Below are positions 1 through 9,323 of a DNA stretch of 64,000 bases, piece after piece (position 1 is the stretch's first letter; each line of letters opens with the position of its first letter). The translations under genes and the position numbers were made by a program. This DNA comes from Elusimicrobiaceae bacterium (GTDB taxonomy: Bacteria > Elusimicrobiota > Elusimicrobia > Elusimicrobiales > Elusimicrobiaceae): the NCBI GenBank assembly GCA_045644515.1, contig JAZRHA010000008.1, positions 305 to 64,304 on the forward strand, given 5' to 3'. The notes below the pieces were generated by a model. It saw only the letters and a program-made list of their open reading frames with translations. It ran no database searches and was not told the origin of the DNA.

Positions 1-646
1 TTTCAAACATTTTATACACAGCAATATATAATGTTATTGGGGCCATAATACCTGATTCTTCATCACTATTCGGATTTGAGTTATCGTCATCCGATATTAA
101 GAAAAAATAATCATAGTTTTTTACAAGTTCTTTCCTGTTAATACCATATTTTTTGGACTCATCTACTTTTGGGTTTTCAGTATTCCAATTTTTGGGCCGG
201 CCCATACCGTTTTCTAGATCTTCTTCGCTATCAGACGGTGTCTCTACATATTTAAGTTCCCATCTGCCTGCATTTTCTTTCGGATTAGAATTTATGTCCG
301 CCATAGCAGGAAAAGCACCTGCTAAACGAAATAAATCATAATAAGATATTTCATCCGGGCCTTCTGTTTGCGGATCACTCTTTTTTATGGTATCTGTCAT
401 ATTTTCCCTAAACACTCTGAACGGGAAAGCACCATTAACATAAGCCACAGCATTTAAGAAGTTAGAATACGAAGTAAGCTCAATAAAAGCAGCACTATCC
501 AAAGCAAACTGGTTGCGGATTTTAAAACGAGAAAGTTTAGCTGTTTCAAATAATAAATAGATAACCAGCAATATTGTGGGTATAAGTAAAATTGCCGGTA
601 AGACAATTTGTGCTTTTCTATTTTTTAAGCAGTTTAGAAACTTCAT
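1..646 (-). CDS. Partial (3' end off-window) membrane-anchored protein with a TadG/TadE-like N-terminus; putative pilus-associated
   Basis: Not in the ORF track because it has no stop in the window. Hand translation of the minus strand from ATG 646-644 to base 2 has no stops: MKFLNCLKNRKAQIVLPAILLIPTILLVIYLLFETAKLSRFKIRNQFALDSAAF... This resembles the Tad_N/TadG hydrophobic N-terminus. The ATG lies 1 nt after the stop of the upstream pilin gene. Confidence 0.5.
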   Translation of the reverse strand, partial: MKFLNCLKNRKAQIVLPAILLIPTILLVIYLLFETAKLSRFKIRNQFALDSAAFIELTSYSNFLNAVAYVNGAFPFRVFRENMTDTIKKSDPQTEGPDEISYYDLFRLAGAFPAMADINSNPKENAGRWELKYVETPSDSEEDLENGMGRPKNWNTENPKVDESKKYGINRKELVKNYDYFFLISDDDNSNPNSDEESGIMAPITLYIAVYKMFE

Positions 647-647
647 A

Positions 648-812
648 CTAACTTAAAATATTACCTATTATCGTAAAAAAACCGCCAACAAGTTCTTTAT
701 GAAAACTTACGGTAAATGCTAAAATAAATGCAACAATAGAGCCAAGCATCAGTAAAAACTCTGCCGTCTGCTGGCCTTTTTTATTTGCAATTATTTTGAG
801 CATTTGTTTCAT
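648..812 (-). CDS. flp: Flp-type / class III signal peptide pilin (54 aa), third copy
   Basis: Below the ORF-track size cutoff; hand translated: MKQMLKIIANKKGQQTAEFLLMLGSIVAFILAFTVSFHKELVGGFFTIIGNILS. It has the same KGQxTxE[YF] plus hydrophobic helix as the pilins at 15128-15535. Its ATG overlaps the response-regulator stop (TAATG). Confidence 0.6.
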   Translation of the reverse strand: MKQMLKIIANKKGQQTAEFLLMLGSIVAFILAFTVSFHKELVGGFFTIIGNILS

Positions 813-1477
813 TATTTATCGGAGGATATTATCCCCAATTTTATTGCTTTAACAACAGCTTCCGTTCTGCTTGTTACGCCAAGTTTATGGAAAGCGCTGT
901 TTAAGTGATTCTTAATAGTTTTAACACTACAATTAAGTTCAATGGCAAGTTCTTTATTGCTAAGTCCGGAGCCAAGCATATCCAAAACTTTAACTTCTGT
1001 TTTTGTAAGCATGGCTTGGGCTGGAGCATTAGGTTCACCCATTTTGCGAAGACCTTGTAAAAGTTTACTCATCATCTGTTGTGGAATCATTAAACCTTCA
1101 GTTGTAAAAGTGCGTATTGAGTTCACAAGTTCCGCTGCCGGCAACATTTTAGATAGATAACCGTTTGCACCTGCTTGTACGGCATCCATAACATGGGCTT
1201 CATCTTCAAAGCTTGAGAGCATTAAGATATTAATATTTGGTTCTACTTTTTTAATATTTTTTGTTGCGGTAATACCATCCATTTTAGGAAGTTTAATATC
1301 CATTAATATCACATCAGGTTTAAGTTTTTTAGCAAGAGCTACAGCTTCCTCGCCGTCAGCAGCTTCACCGACAACGGAAATCCACTTTTCCCCTGTCAAT
1401 ACATCCTTAATACCTTCCCTAAACAAGGTTTGGTCATCTGCAATTAATACCTTTACAATTTTCTTTTTAGTTGCCAT
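812..1477 (-). CDS. NarL/FixJ (LuxR-type HTH) response regulator
   Basis: REC domain (VLIADDQ...DVILMDIKLPKMDG) and C-terminal LuxR HTH (LSNKELAIELNCSVKTIKNHLNSAFHKLGV). SD AGGAGAT lies upstream of the ATG at 1477. Confidence 0.9.
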   Translation of the reverse strand: MATKKKIVKVLIADDQTLFREGIKDVLTGEKWISVVGEAADGEEAVALAKKLKPDVILMDIKLPKMDGITATKNIKKVEPNINILMLSSFEDEAHVMDAVQAGANGYLSKMLPAAELVNSIRTFTTEGLMIPQQMMSKLLQGLRKMGEPNAPAQAMLTKTEVKVLDMLGSGLSNKELAIELNCSVKTIKNHLNSAFHKLGVTSRTEAVVKAIKLGIISSDK

Positions 1478-1485
1478 AATATCTC

Positions 1486-2613
1486 CTATTTCTCAATAAG
1501 TGGCAAAGTGAAACAGAAAGAAGATCCTTTCCCCTTGCCCTCGCTTTCAGCCCAAATTTTACCACCATGGTTTTGTACAATATCTTGCGCTATGGACAAA
1601 CCCAAACCTAAACGCCCGCCACCTGTTGCACTTTGATAGAAACTTTTAAAAAGTTCCTTTGTTAGTTCAGGCTCAATACCATCCCCGGTGTCCTTTACTA
1701 TTACTTTAGCATTTTTATCGTCATTTTTCACTACCGAAATTGAAATTCTGCCTTCTTCCTTAGTATGCCTTATGCCGTTCTCGACGATATTGGATATAAC
1801 TTGCCTTATTCTTTTGGGATCACCAAAAACCATAAATTCGCCATTACTTTCGAAAGTCATCAAAATATTTTTAAGTTTGGCCTTTTCTCTAAAAACTTCA
1901 AAAGCGCTCTTAAGCATAGCGGTTAATTCAAATTCTTGCTTTTCTAAACGGAGTTTTCCCTTTTCAATAGCAGCCCAATCAACAAGATCTTTAACCAAGA
2001 CAAATATTTGCTCTAAACTTTGTTCCATATAGCCCATTTTTTTAGTTTGATCGGCATCAGGTTTCTTTATAGTACGTTGAAGCATTTGAAAACTCATATT
2101 CAATGCCATTAAAGAATTGGACAAATCATGCGATACAATGGAAAAGAATTTACTCTTCATTGTATTCAAATTGCTTAAATCAGCATTTGTTTTTTTAAGC
2201 TCGGCAAGAAGTTGGCGGTTACTTTGTTCCAAGTAAAACTTTTCAAGAGCCATTTTGATTGTCCTTTTAAGATAATCAAAATCAACCGGCTTCATCATAA
2301 AATCATACACACTTTCTTGTACTGCTTTGATTGCTGCATTCAAAGAGGCATGCGCTGTTATCATTATTATTTGACTCTTTTCATTAAAACGTCTGATTTC
2401 ATTTATAAGATCAAGGCCGGTACCGTCCCCTAAGTTATAGTCCATTAAAATAACATGGAAGAAATCCCCTTTAACGAGTTCCATACACTCTTTTGTGCTT
2501 TCAGCCTGATATACATCATAGCCCTCAAGCTCTAAGAGTTCTGCCAAAGTTTCCCTCAAATTATTATCGTCATCTACAACCAATACTTTTGCTTTTTGAT
2601 TATCTGTTATCAT
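1486..2613 (-). CDS. Hybrid receiver-histidine kinase (REC-HisKA-HATPase_c)
   Basis: REC (KVLVVDDD...ILMDYNLGDGTG), H-box (FSIVSHDLSN), G-boxes (DTGDGI, GGGRLGLGLSI). The ORF-track start at 2640 is TTG. I prefer the ATG at 2613 (MITDNQKAKVLVVDDD), 1 nt after the upstream kinase stop. Confidence 0.85.
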   Translation of the reverse strand: MITDNQKAKVLVVDDDNNLRETLAELLELEGYDVYQAESTKECMELVKGDFFHVILMDYNLGDGTGLDLINEIRRFNEKSQIIMITAHASLNAAIKAVQESVYDFMMKPVDFDYLKRTIKMALEKFYLEQSNRQLLAELKKTNADLSNLNTMKSKFFSIVSHDLSNSLMALNMSFQMLQRTIKKPDADQTKKMGYMEQSLEQIFVLVKDLVDWAAIEKGKLRLEKQEFELTAMLKSAFEVFREKAKLKNILMTFESNGEFMVFGDPKRIRQVISNIVENGIRHTKEEGRISISVVKNDDKNAKVIVKDTGDGIEPELTKELFKSFYQSATGGGRLGLGLSIAQDIVQNHGGKIWAESEGKGKGSSFCFTLPLIEK

Positions 2614-2614
2614 A

Positions 2615-4426
2615 CTATTTACCCACGAGTTTAAAAACAAATGTCATCTTTGTTCCTTTACCGACTTCACTTTTTAATTTAAAATCTACTTTATTCCTAG
2701 CACACACCTTTTTTACAACAGCAAGCCCAAGGCCTGTGCCACGCGCTTTTGTTGTGAAGAAAGGTGTGAAAATCTGTTCTTGCAATTCTTCCGGAATACC
2801 AGGGCCGTTATCTGTAACACTTAAAGAAGCATTTTCATCATTTACTTTTTTCGTCTTCACTACCAACATACCGCCTTTAGGCATAACTTCTATTGCATTT
2901 GCAACAACATTTCTTAATGCCTGTTTCATTTCTTCAGTATCAATAGTAATAGGCAAATCTTCACTATAAAAATAAGTTGTAAGTTGTATATTTGGGGGAA
3001 TAGGATAGGAAGACAATATTTCCCTTGCATATAAACTTAAATCTATAGTCGTAAGTATTTGATCACGTGTCCGGGCATAACCCAAAATTTCCTCAATAAT
3101 ACTGTTTGCCTGGTTTATTTCCTCATCAATTACTTTAAAATTTTTTGCTACTTTAACATCTGCACCACTACCTAAACGTGTTTTAATTAAATATACCGCA
3201 TTTTTAATAACAGCAAGCGGATTTTTAATTTCATGACTGACAATAGAAGCCATTTGCCCAATAGCAGCAAGACGTTCTTTTTTAATTAATTCATTTAAAG
3301 CTGTTCTTAATTCTTTAGTACGGCTGCCAACCCGGATTTGAAGCGATTGATTAAGCCCTTCCAAATCTTCCCTTTCCTGACGTAATTCATCAAAACGTAT
3401 TTTAAGGGAATCTAGCATCTTTGCAAATGCTAATGATAAAGCCCCTATCTCATTATCCGGAAAAGGTAAATCAGGTATTTGATCTGCTTTGCCCTGTTCT
3501 ATTTTTCTAAAAGCTCTTGTCATAGTATTTATTGGGGTTATCATTATACTGGAAATATAAATACTCATGAGTAAAGCAAAAAGAAAAACTATAGCAAGAA
3601 TTATAAGTATTTCCTTATAGAAACGTTTATATAAATTTATTAATCCACCTTCAATTTTATTTGATGAATCATAAGTATAAATAAGCCAACCGCTTAAACT
3701 GTTTACTGATAATACTCCTATATTTTCATCAGCCTCCACAGATACAAGAACGCCTTCTTCTGCCCTGGGAGCTAATATTGACATTTCCTTTTTATATGAA
3801 TTGGAATTCCCCTGATTTATTCCTTCTTCAGAAGAATAAATTAAAAAGCCATTTTTTGTAAAAATCAAAATATTTCCATACTCTGAAGGTAAATAATTTT
3901 TTAAATTATCTAAAGGAATTTGTGCGGCAACAAAATGTATTCTATTTAAAAAACTATTCTTTATAGCAATAGCGGCACTTAACCCTTTGTCTTTGACCAC
4001 CCCTAAACTACCGATACTTAAAGCCCCGGTTTGAACGGTATTCTTAATTTCTTGATTGAATTTAAATTTTGGATTTGGCCCAAAATAAGCATATTCTTTT
4101 GCAGATGAGTCAAAAAATGCTAAAGAAATAAACTCCGAACTTTCCTGGATAAAATCAGAAACATCTTTATGACTCAAATTAATATCTGTTCTATCGTGAA
4201 AAGTATGAATAGTTAAAAAATTGTCAAGTAAAATTGAATTATTTTGAAAAAATGAATCAATTCCCTTATCTACAAAAACATTAAAATTTTTTAGGAGATT
4301 TAATTCTTCCTCTTTTAATAATGCTTCTTCAGCATTATGTGTAAAGAAAAAAGATAAAACTAACGGTAATAATGCTACCGTCATTAAAGAGAGAAATATT
4401 AATTGTCTTAGTTGTCCCTTTCTCAT
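2615..4426 (-). CDS. Membrane sensor histidine kinase (periplasmic sensor domain, HAMP, HisKA, HATPase_c)
   Basis: N-terminal TM helix, about 250-aa extracytoplasmic region, second TM, HAMP-like linker, H-box (ASIVSHEIKNPL), N/G boxes (DNGPGIP, GTGLGLAV). Confidence 0.85.
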   Translation of the reverse strand: MRKGQLRQLIFLSLMTVALLPLVLSFFFTHNAEEALLKEEELNLLKNFNVFVDKGIDSFFQNNSILLDNFLTIHTFHDRTDINLSHKDVSDFIQESSEFISLAFFDSSAKEYAYFGPNPKFKFNQEIKNTVQTGALSIGSLGVVKDKGLSAAIAIKNSFLNRIHFVAAQIPLDNLKNYLPSEYGNILIFTKNGFLIYSSEEGINQGNSNSYKKEMSILAPRAEEGVLVSVEADENIGVLSVNSLSGWLIYTYDSSNKIEGGLINLYKRFYKEILIILAIVFLFALLMSIYISSIMITPINTMTRAFRKIEQGKADQIPDLPFPDNEIGALSLAFAKMLDSLKIRFDELRQEREDLEGLNQSLQIRVGSRTKELRTALNELIKKERLAAIGQMASIVSHEIKNPLAVIKNAVYLIKTRLGSGADVKVAKNFKVIDEEINQANSIIEEILGYARTRDQILTTIDLSLYAREILSSYPIPPNIQLTTYFYSEDLPITIDTEEMKQALRNVVANAIEVMPKGGMLVVKTKKVNDENASLSVTDNGPGIPEELQEQIFTPFFTTKARGTGLGLAVVKKVCARNKVDFKLKSEVGKGTKMTFVFKLVGK

Positions 4427-4444
4427 AAAATTTTGAGTTTAAAA

Positions 4445-4470
4445 ATTGGGGCATAATTTTATGCCCCAAT
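4445..4470 (-). terminator. Rho-independent terminator after the pilus assembly operon
   Basis: Perfect 10-bp stem attggggcat/atgccccaat with a 6-nt loop. On the minus strand it is followed by TTTTT. It lies between the stop at 4490 and the next gene start at 4426. Confidence 0.75.
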
Positions 4471-4489
4471 TTAAAAGTACGAAATTACT

Positions 4490-5434
4490 TTAGCATTGGC
4501 CTTGCGGGGCTGCATTGGCTGCTGAACCGCCGTAATTTTGTTTAAAGCCTTCAAGACCTTTAATATTACCTAAAGAACCTAAGTCTGTTACAGTTCTTCC
4601 TTGCCAAATTACTGTAGGTGAACCGGAAACATTATATTCTTCGGTAATTTTCATATCTTCTTTCAATTTTTCTAAACCAAAATTCCAATGCTTAGCAAAA
4701 ATTCTAGGGTTAATACCGGCTTTTTCAGCGGCTTTATCCCATAAGGAACTCTTGTAATCTTTATTTCTTATTTCAAGATATTTCCAGAATTTTTTAGGAT
4801 ATTTTTCACGAATAATAATTTGCCTTACATCTTCTTCCCATTCGGCAGAACCGTGCAAACTGTTAATTTCGCCGTTCCTTTCGCTGGCAATATAGCGGAC
4901 ATTGATTTTTAAGTCTTTAGGAAGTCTGCCAAGTTTCATCAAATCAATAATTTGATTTTCAGCTCTGACTCCATAAGGGCATTGAGACATTACAAACAAA
5001 TCAAGTTCCATAGGCCTTAATGCTTTATTAGCATAAACACCGTTTCTTGTTTGATGTTCAAAAACAAGTTGGCCGTTATGTTCTTTAATTTGACCTGACC
5101 TTATAAATCTGTCAAATTTTTCTTGCACTAAAGCATTTTTTTCAACCAAATATAAAGGCATAAAATCTAAATTTAAACCTTGATATTTGGGATCATTTAA
5201 TGCAGCTGAACGATTAACGGTTGTAACATTTAATTTCGCACCCAAAACTTGCTCTAAACCTGAATTCAAAGCAGAATCCACACCGCCGGTAGAATCATCA
5301 TCCATTATAATAACTGTAACCGGAATTTCTGTAACACTTGATTTTGTTTTAGCAGCATTATTTTTAGGGGTAGCTGCAAAAACAAAACCGAAACATATTG
5401 CTAACATTGCAAAAGCAGCAATAAACTTTTTCAT
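4490..5434 (-). CDS. Secreted thioredoxin-fold (DsbA/GILT-like) protein with a single-Cys CPYG motif
   Basis: Signal peptide (MKKFIAAFAMLAICFGFVFA). The C-terminal half has DsbA-like layout (LFVMSQCPYG...SGSPTVIWQG) but CPYG instead of CxxC. The protein ends in Cys. The assignment is weak. Confidence 0.35.
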   Translation of the reverse strand: MKKFIAAFAMLAICFGFVFAATPKNNAAKTKSSVTEIPVTVIIMDDDSTGGVDSALNSGLEQVLGAKLNVTTVNRSAALNDPKYQGLNLDFMPLYLVEKNALVQEKFDRFIRSGQIKEHNGQLVFEHQTRNGVYANKALRPMELDLFVMSQCPYGVRAENQIIDLMKLGRLPKDLKINVRYIASERNGEINSLHGSAEWEEDVRQIIIREKYPKKFWKYLEIRNKDYKSSLWDKAAEKAGINPRIFAKHWNFGLEKLKEDMKITEEYNVSGSPTVIWQGRTVTDLGSLGNIKGLEGFKQNYGGSAANAAPQGQC

Positions 5435-5452
5435 TTTAATAATCTCCTTTTA

Positions 5453-5752
5453 TTAATTTTCTTCTTTTACTTCTTCTTTGGATACAGGCTCTTCAACAGT
5501 AAATGTTAAACCCCTCATACCGAAAGAACAAAATAAATTGTATGCAAAAGCAGAAATAACAATCAGCACCAAATAAACCATTGTATCTACAAGCGTCCAC
5601 AATATAATCTGCAATATTTGTTGCATAATGCTCATATCCGGCATGCTTGACACTTGTAAAATATAATTTACAAGACATAAGACAAATACCAACAACGGAA
5701 ATGCTGAAAGTATTATCGATTTCAAGTTAATATTTTTTATTTCTATCTTCAT
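5453..5752 (-). CDS. Small integral membrane protein (3 predicted TM helices), unknown function
   Basis: 99-aa ORF with SD GAGGAT, hydrophobic segments and an acidic C-terminal tail (VEEPVSKEEVKEEN). Tightly packed in the operon. Confidence 0.55.
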   Translation of the reverse strand: MKIEIKNINLKSIILSAFPLLVFVLCLVNYILQVSSMPDMSIMQQILQIILWTLVDTMVYLVLIVISAFAYNLFCSFGMRGLTFTVEEPVSKEEVKEEN

Positions 5753-5766
5753 TTATCCTCCTAAAA

Positions 5767-6879
5767 TTATTGTTTTGGTTCCAAAATTACTATAGTTCTT
5801 ATTATACCACCTTTAGAAGCAAGTTGCAAAGCTTTTATTGAAAAGACATGGCTACCGCTTTTTGCGACAGTCCTAAATATCTTACCCGGATTATCCATAG
5901 CCCTACCGACTATGTTTACAATATCTTGCTGCGTGCCGCCAAATATATCCAACAAGTGAACCGGGCCTTCTTTTTGTATCTTCAACTCAAAATTGGCATG
6001 CATAATATTGTTGTTTTCGTCTACGACTATGGCCCTTGTACCTTTGGGTATCGTAACTGCCAAAATAGAAGACCACCACTCCTGTTCATAGTGCAAGCGG
6101 TTTTCCTCTATTTCTTCCTGTTCTTCAAGTTCCTTTTTAACTTTACCTAAAAAATTCTCAACAGCTTGCGCTAATATACCGATTTCATCCCCACGGGAAG
6201 AAAAGTTTAAAACGAAACTCTTAGTGGAAATATTATCTATACCTTCAGCTAGTTGCAAAAGAGGGTTTGTTACACTTCTTATGACAAAGATATATAGCAC
6301 AAAGCCCATTAAAATAAAAATGATTGCAGAACCTATTAAATACCAAGTCAATGCCTTTTTAATTTCTTCTTTCACTTGTTTCCTGGACACATCAATACTG
6401 ATGATACCGGCTATCTTATCCCCTTTGGCTTTAAGAGGTATGGCTATTTCGTAATAATTACCTTCTTTCTTAATTTTTACGCTTGGAAGGCCCGTTCTTA
6501 CCGCTTCTTCTATAGCATTTGTTTCCAAATAACCGCCGCGTTGATAATCTGTAATCGGCATATCAAGTAAATCAAGATTTTTATGCCATCTTACAGTACC
6601 GTTACCGTTAAAGTAAACTATGTTACTTATTCTGCTATCCTGACGAGGCCAAGAAGAAATTATTTCACTTTCAGGAACAGTCAAATAACCTTTTGGTGAT
6701 ACTAAGCCTTCAACCAAAACACTGGCATTTTGACGGACGGTATCAATAACCTGATTTTGTAAATTGAGGTCAAAAACCCTCTTAAACAAATTGAAATATA
6801 ACAAACCACCTACTATAATGGCATATATTGCTACCATCGTAAACCAAATGAACCATCTTGTACTTATTCTTCTAATCAT
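5767..6879 (-). CDS. Membrane HAMP-domain protein with periplasmic sensor-like domain and no recognisable output domain
   Basis: TM1, about 150-aa extracytoplasmic segment, TM2, HAMP (NPLLQLAEGIDNIS...GDEIGILAQAVENF), then about 110 aa of PAS-like region. No kinase, MCP or GGDEF motifs seen. Confidence 0.6.
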   Translation of the reverse strand: MIRRISTRWFIWFTMVAIYAIIVGGLLYFNLFKRVFDLNLQNQVIDTVRQNASVLVEGLVSPKGYLTVPESEIISSWPRQDSRISNIVYFNGNGTVRWHKNLDLLDMPITDYQRGGYLETNAIEEAVRTGLPSVKIKKEGNYYEIAIPLKAKGDKIAGIISIDVSRKQVKEEIKKALTWYLIGSAIIFILMGFVLYIFVIRSVTNPLLQLAEGIDNISTKSFVLNFSSRGDEIGILAQAVENFLGKVKKELEEQEEIEENRLHYEQEWWSSILAVTIPKGTRAIVVDENNNIMHANFELKIQKEGPVHLLDIFGGTQQDIVNIVGRAMDNPGKIFRTVAKSGSHVFSIKALQLASKGGIIRTIVILEPKQ

Positions 6880-6881
6880 AT

Positions 6882-8420
6882 TTACCTGTTACTATATTTC
6901 TCTTCAACTCTTTTTAAACCCAATGCGGCATCTGAATTTTCTGGATTTAAATTAAGAGCCGCTTGCCATTCCTCTTTAGCTTTTTCATAATTACCTTCGC
7001 TAAAAGCTGCCAAACCTAAGCGATAATGCTTAATAGAAGCTTGACGAGCAGCCTCTGAAACTCTTGTAGGAGTTTTATCAACTATTGCTTGTGCAGGGAA
7101 ATCTTCTTGTTCACCTTCTACATCCATATCTATAGGAGGCAATTTCTCACCTGTATTTTCCTTTACTTCACTTATAATCTTTGTTTGTGTTGTGGTTGTT
7201 GTTCCTTCCGGAGTTTCTTCTATATTAGTAACCACAGTTCTGGAAGTCGCAACTTCTTTGTTTTTAGAAGAATTTGCAACCGGCAACACTTCTTGAATCG
7301 TAGCATTATTATTTTCTTCAAAAATAACGGGGCAAGGTTTACATTTTAATTTCGGACAAGGAGGACATTTATCCCCTCTTTCCACCTTAGTCTCGGTAGT
7401 TGATGTTGAACTGCGGGTATTCTTTGCCACATAAGAAATACTTTTAGCTTTCTGTGCACTTCTTATCAACACTGAAATATCTTGCTGGCTGTAACCCCAT
7501 TTTTGAGCTTCTTTCCAATTAGTAATAGCCGTATTATATCTTCTCTCATTATAAGCTTTATTACCGGCATTATAATAACTGTTTGCAATTTCTTCCCTAA
7601 TTTGCAAAATAAATTTTTGTGTTTGTTGTTCACCCGGTTGTATTTCGTGAGCCCTATTAAACTCCCGGTAGGCATCAATAAGTTTGCCTTTTGAATAATA
7701 TTCAAAAGCCTGATCAAGTGCTTTTTGGCTTTCTTCTTTTTTAATTAAATTTTCTACTTCTGCAATCTTTAAATTTAAAGCAGGGTCATCTTTCCTAATT
7801 AACAAGACATTGTACCATTGGTTTAAAGCTTCCTGATAATCCCCTTGTTTATAAGCGTAATAACCTCTTCTAGTATGTATTTTTGTAAATTCATTATTAA
7901 TTCGCTCTATCCAAACACGTGCATCTTCTTCATTGGGGTTTAATGTCAAAATTTCTTCAAATTTATTTTGAGCCTCAACTAAATAACCTTGCTTATATAA
8001 GGAATACGCTTCCTTATATTTCATATCCAAAATTTCTTTTTCCGAAAGAGTTCCATAAGTTGCCATTTTAGTTGCGGTATTAGATAATGTCTTAGCTTTT
8101 TTCATGCTAGGATCTATACTTAAAATAACATCAGAAATTTCTGCAGCTCTTTGATAATCCCCCTGCTTATACATATTATAAGCATTATCATAAACCATAT
8201 TTAAAGTAAAATTTTGTATTCTTTGTTTTTCAAGCTGAACAGTAGAAAGGTACTGCCTTCTCTGTTCTACATTAGCCAAAGTACCAAGTGACATCTTCTG
8301 CAAATCAAGCATTAAACCAGCCTCTTTTCCTGTTTCCCTAAGAGGCCTGTCGGCCGCTCTTGCAAAAGAAAGTGACACTGCAAAAACTAAAAATAAAAAA
8401 GTATAAATGATTTTTTTCAT
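6882..8420 (-). CDS. Secreted TPR-repeat protein (TadD-like position in the pilus operon)
   Basis: Signal peptide. Repeated TPR signatures (YKQGDYQRA, YKQGYLVEA, YKQGDYQEA, GNYEKAKEEW). Central low-complexity linker containing CPPCPKLKCKPCP. Confidence 0.7.
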   Translation of the reverse strand: MKKIIYTFLFLVFAVSLSFARAADRPLRETGKEAGLMLDLQKMSLGTLANVEQRRQYLSTVQLEKQRIQNFTLNMVYDNAYNMYKQGDYQRAAEISDVILSIDPSMKKAKTLSNTATKMATYGTLSEKEILDMKYKEAYSLYKQGYLVEAQNKFEEILTLNPNEEDARVWIERINNEFTKIHTRRGYYAYKQGDYQEALNQWYNVLLIRKDDPALNLKIAEVENLIKKEESQKALDQAFEYYSKGKLIDAYREFNRAHEIQPGEQQTQKFILQIREEIANSYYNAGNKAYNERRYNTAITNWKEAQKWGYSQQDISVLIRSAQKAKSISYVAKNTRSSTSTTETKVERGDKCPPCPKLKCKPCPVIFEENNNATIQEVLPVANSSKNKEVATSRTVVTNIEETPEGTTTTTQTKIISEVKENTGEKLPPIDMDVEGEQEDFPAQAIVDKTPTRVSEAARQASIKHYRLGLAAFSEGNYEKAKEEWQAALNLNPENSDAALGLKRVEEKYSNR

Positions 8421-8429
8421 CCTAAACTC

Positions 8430-9323
8430 CTAAAACGGCATACCCCCATGCATAAAATCAGCAATCATAGGTGATAACATCATAATGAATACAACGGGGA
8501 ATATAAAAATAAATAACGGTATTAACATTTTTGTTGATGCTTGTGCAGCCAATTTTTCTGCTTTATTTAAACGCCTAAATCTTAAATCTGTAGAGAAATT
8601 ACGTAATAATTGCACCAAGCTCGTTCCTAATTCATCTGATTGTATAATCAACCCGACAAAAGATCTAATATCTTGCACCCCTGTTCTTGCGGCTAAACGT
8701 TCCAAAGACTCACGTCTGGAATAACCAAGTTTTGTCTCATTTAAGGTTTTTTCAATTTCAGTTTCAAGTAAAGTTTTTTCTTTAGCAATTTTTACTATAC
8801 GCTCAAAAGCCGTCATATAATCAAGACCTGATTCTATAACCAAAGCCATCAAATCTACCATTGTAGCAAAGTTTGCCAACATGTTTTGCTGACGTTTTTC
8901 AATCTCTGCTTTATAATATAAATCAGGCAAATAAAACCCAAGAGGTATAAAAAATATAACCAATAATGTACCAAAAAGTAAATATAAAATTAGAGGAGTT
9001 GCTATGGCAGAATAAATCTTATAGTAAAGCATATCCACCGGTTGAGGTTTTTCCGGGCTACCTAAAAGAACCCAAATATCTTCTAACGATTTTTCTAGGT
9101 GGAAAAAATCTAAGACATAAAAAGCAACTCTATCAAGTAAATTTTCATCCGGTTTTAATTTAGCAAAAGAAGATGCAGATTTTACTTGCTTTGCTTCCAA
9201 GTCAGAAATATCTTGGTCAGCCGGAGCAGGGGTTAAAAATATAATAACTGAGAGGAAAATACAAATCGTTCCGCCTATAGCTAGCAACAGCAACATCAAA
9301 TGTACCATTCCTAAATTGCTCAT
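8430..9323 (-). CDS. tadC: Tad pilus inner-membrane platform protein TadC (T2SS-F family)
   Basis: T2SSF-domain pattern (cytoplasmic helical domain flanked by TM helices). Follows tadB with a 4-nt overlap. Confidence 0.75.
   Translation of the reverse strand: MSNLGMVHLMLLLLAIGGTICIFLSVIIFLTPAPADQDISDLEAKQVKSASSFAKLKPDENLLDRVAFYVLDFFHLEKSLEDIWVLLGSPEKPQPVDMLYYKIYSAIATPLILYLLFGTLLVIFFIPLGFYLPDLYYKAEIEKRQQNMLANFATMVDLMALVIESGLDYMTAFERIVKIAKEKTLLETEIEKTLNETKLGYSRRESLERLAARTGVQDIRSFVGLIIQSDELGTSLVQLLRNFSTDLRFRRLNKAEKLAAQASTKMLIPLFIFIFPVVFIMMLSPMIADFMHGGMPF

Noticed and set aside
153-341. 62-aa plus-strand ORF at the window start
   Set aside because: It runs antisense to the continuous TadG-like reading frame (1-646, minus) and has no start context or motifs.
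7329-7367. Resemblance of CPPCP to the immunoglobulin G hinge
   Set aside because: A five-residue match in a low-complexity linker is expected by chance. There is no other Ig-hinge context.
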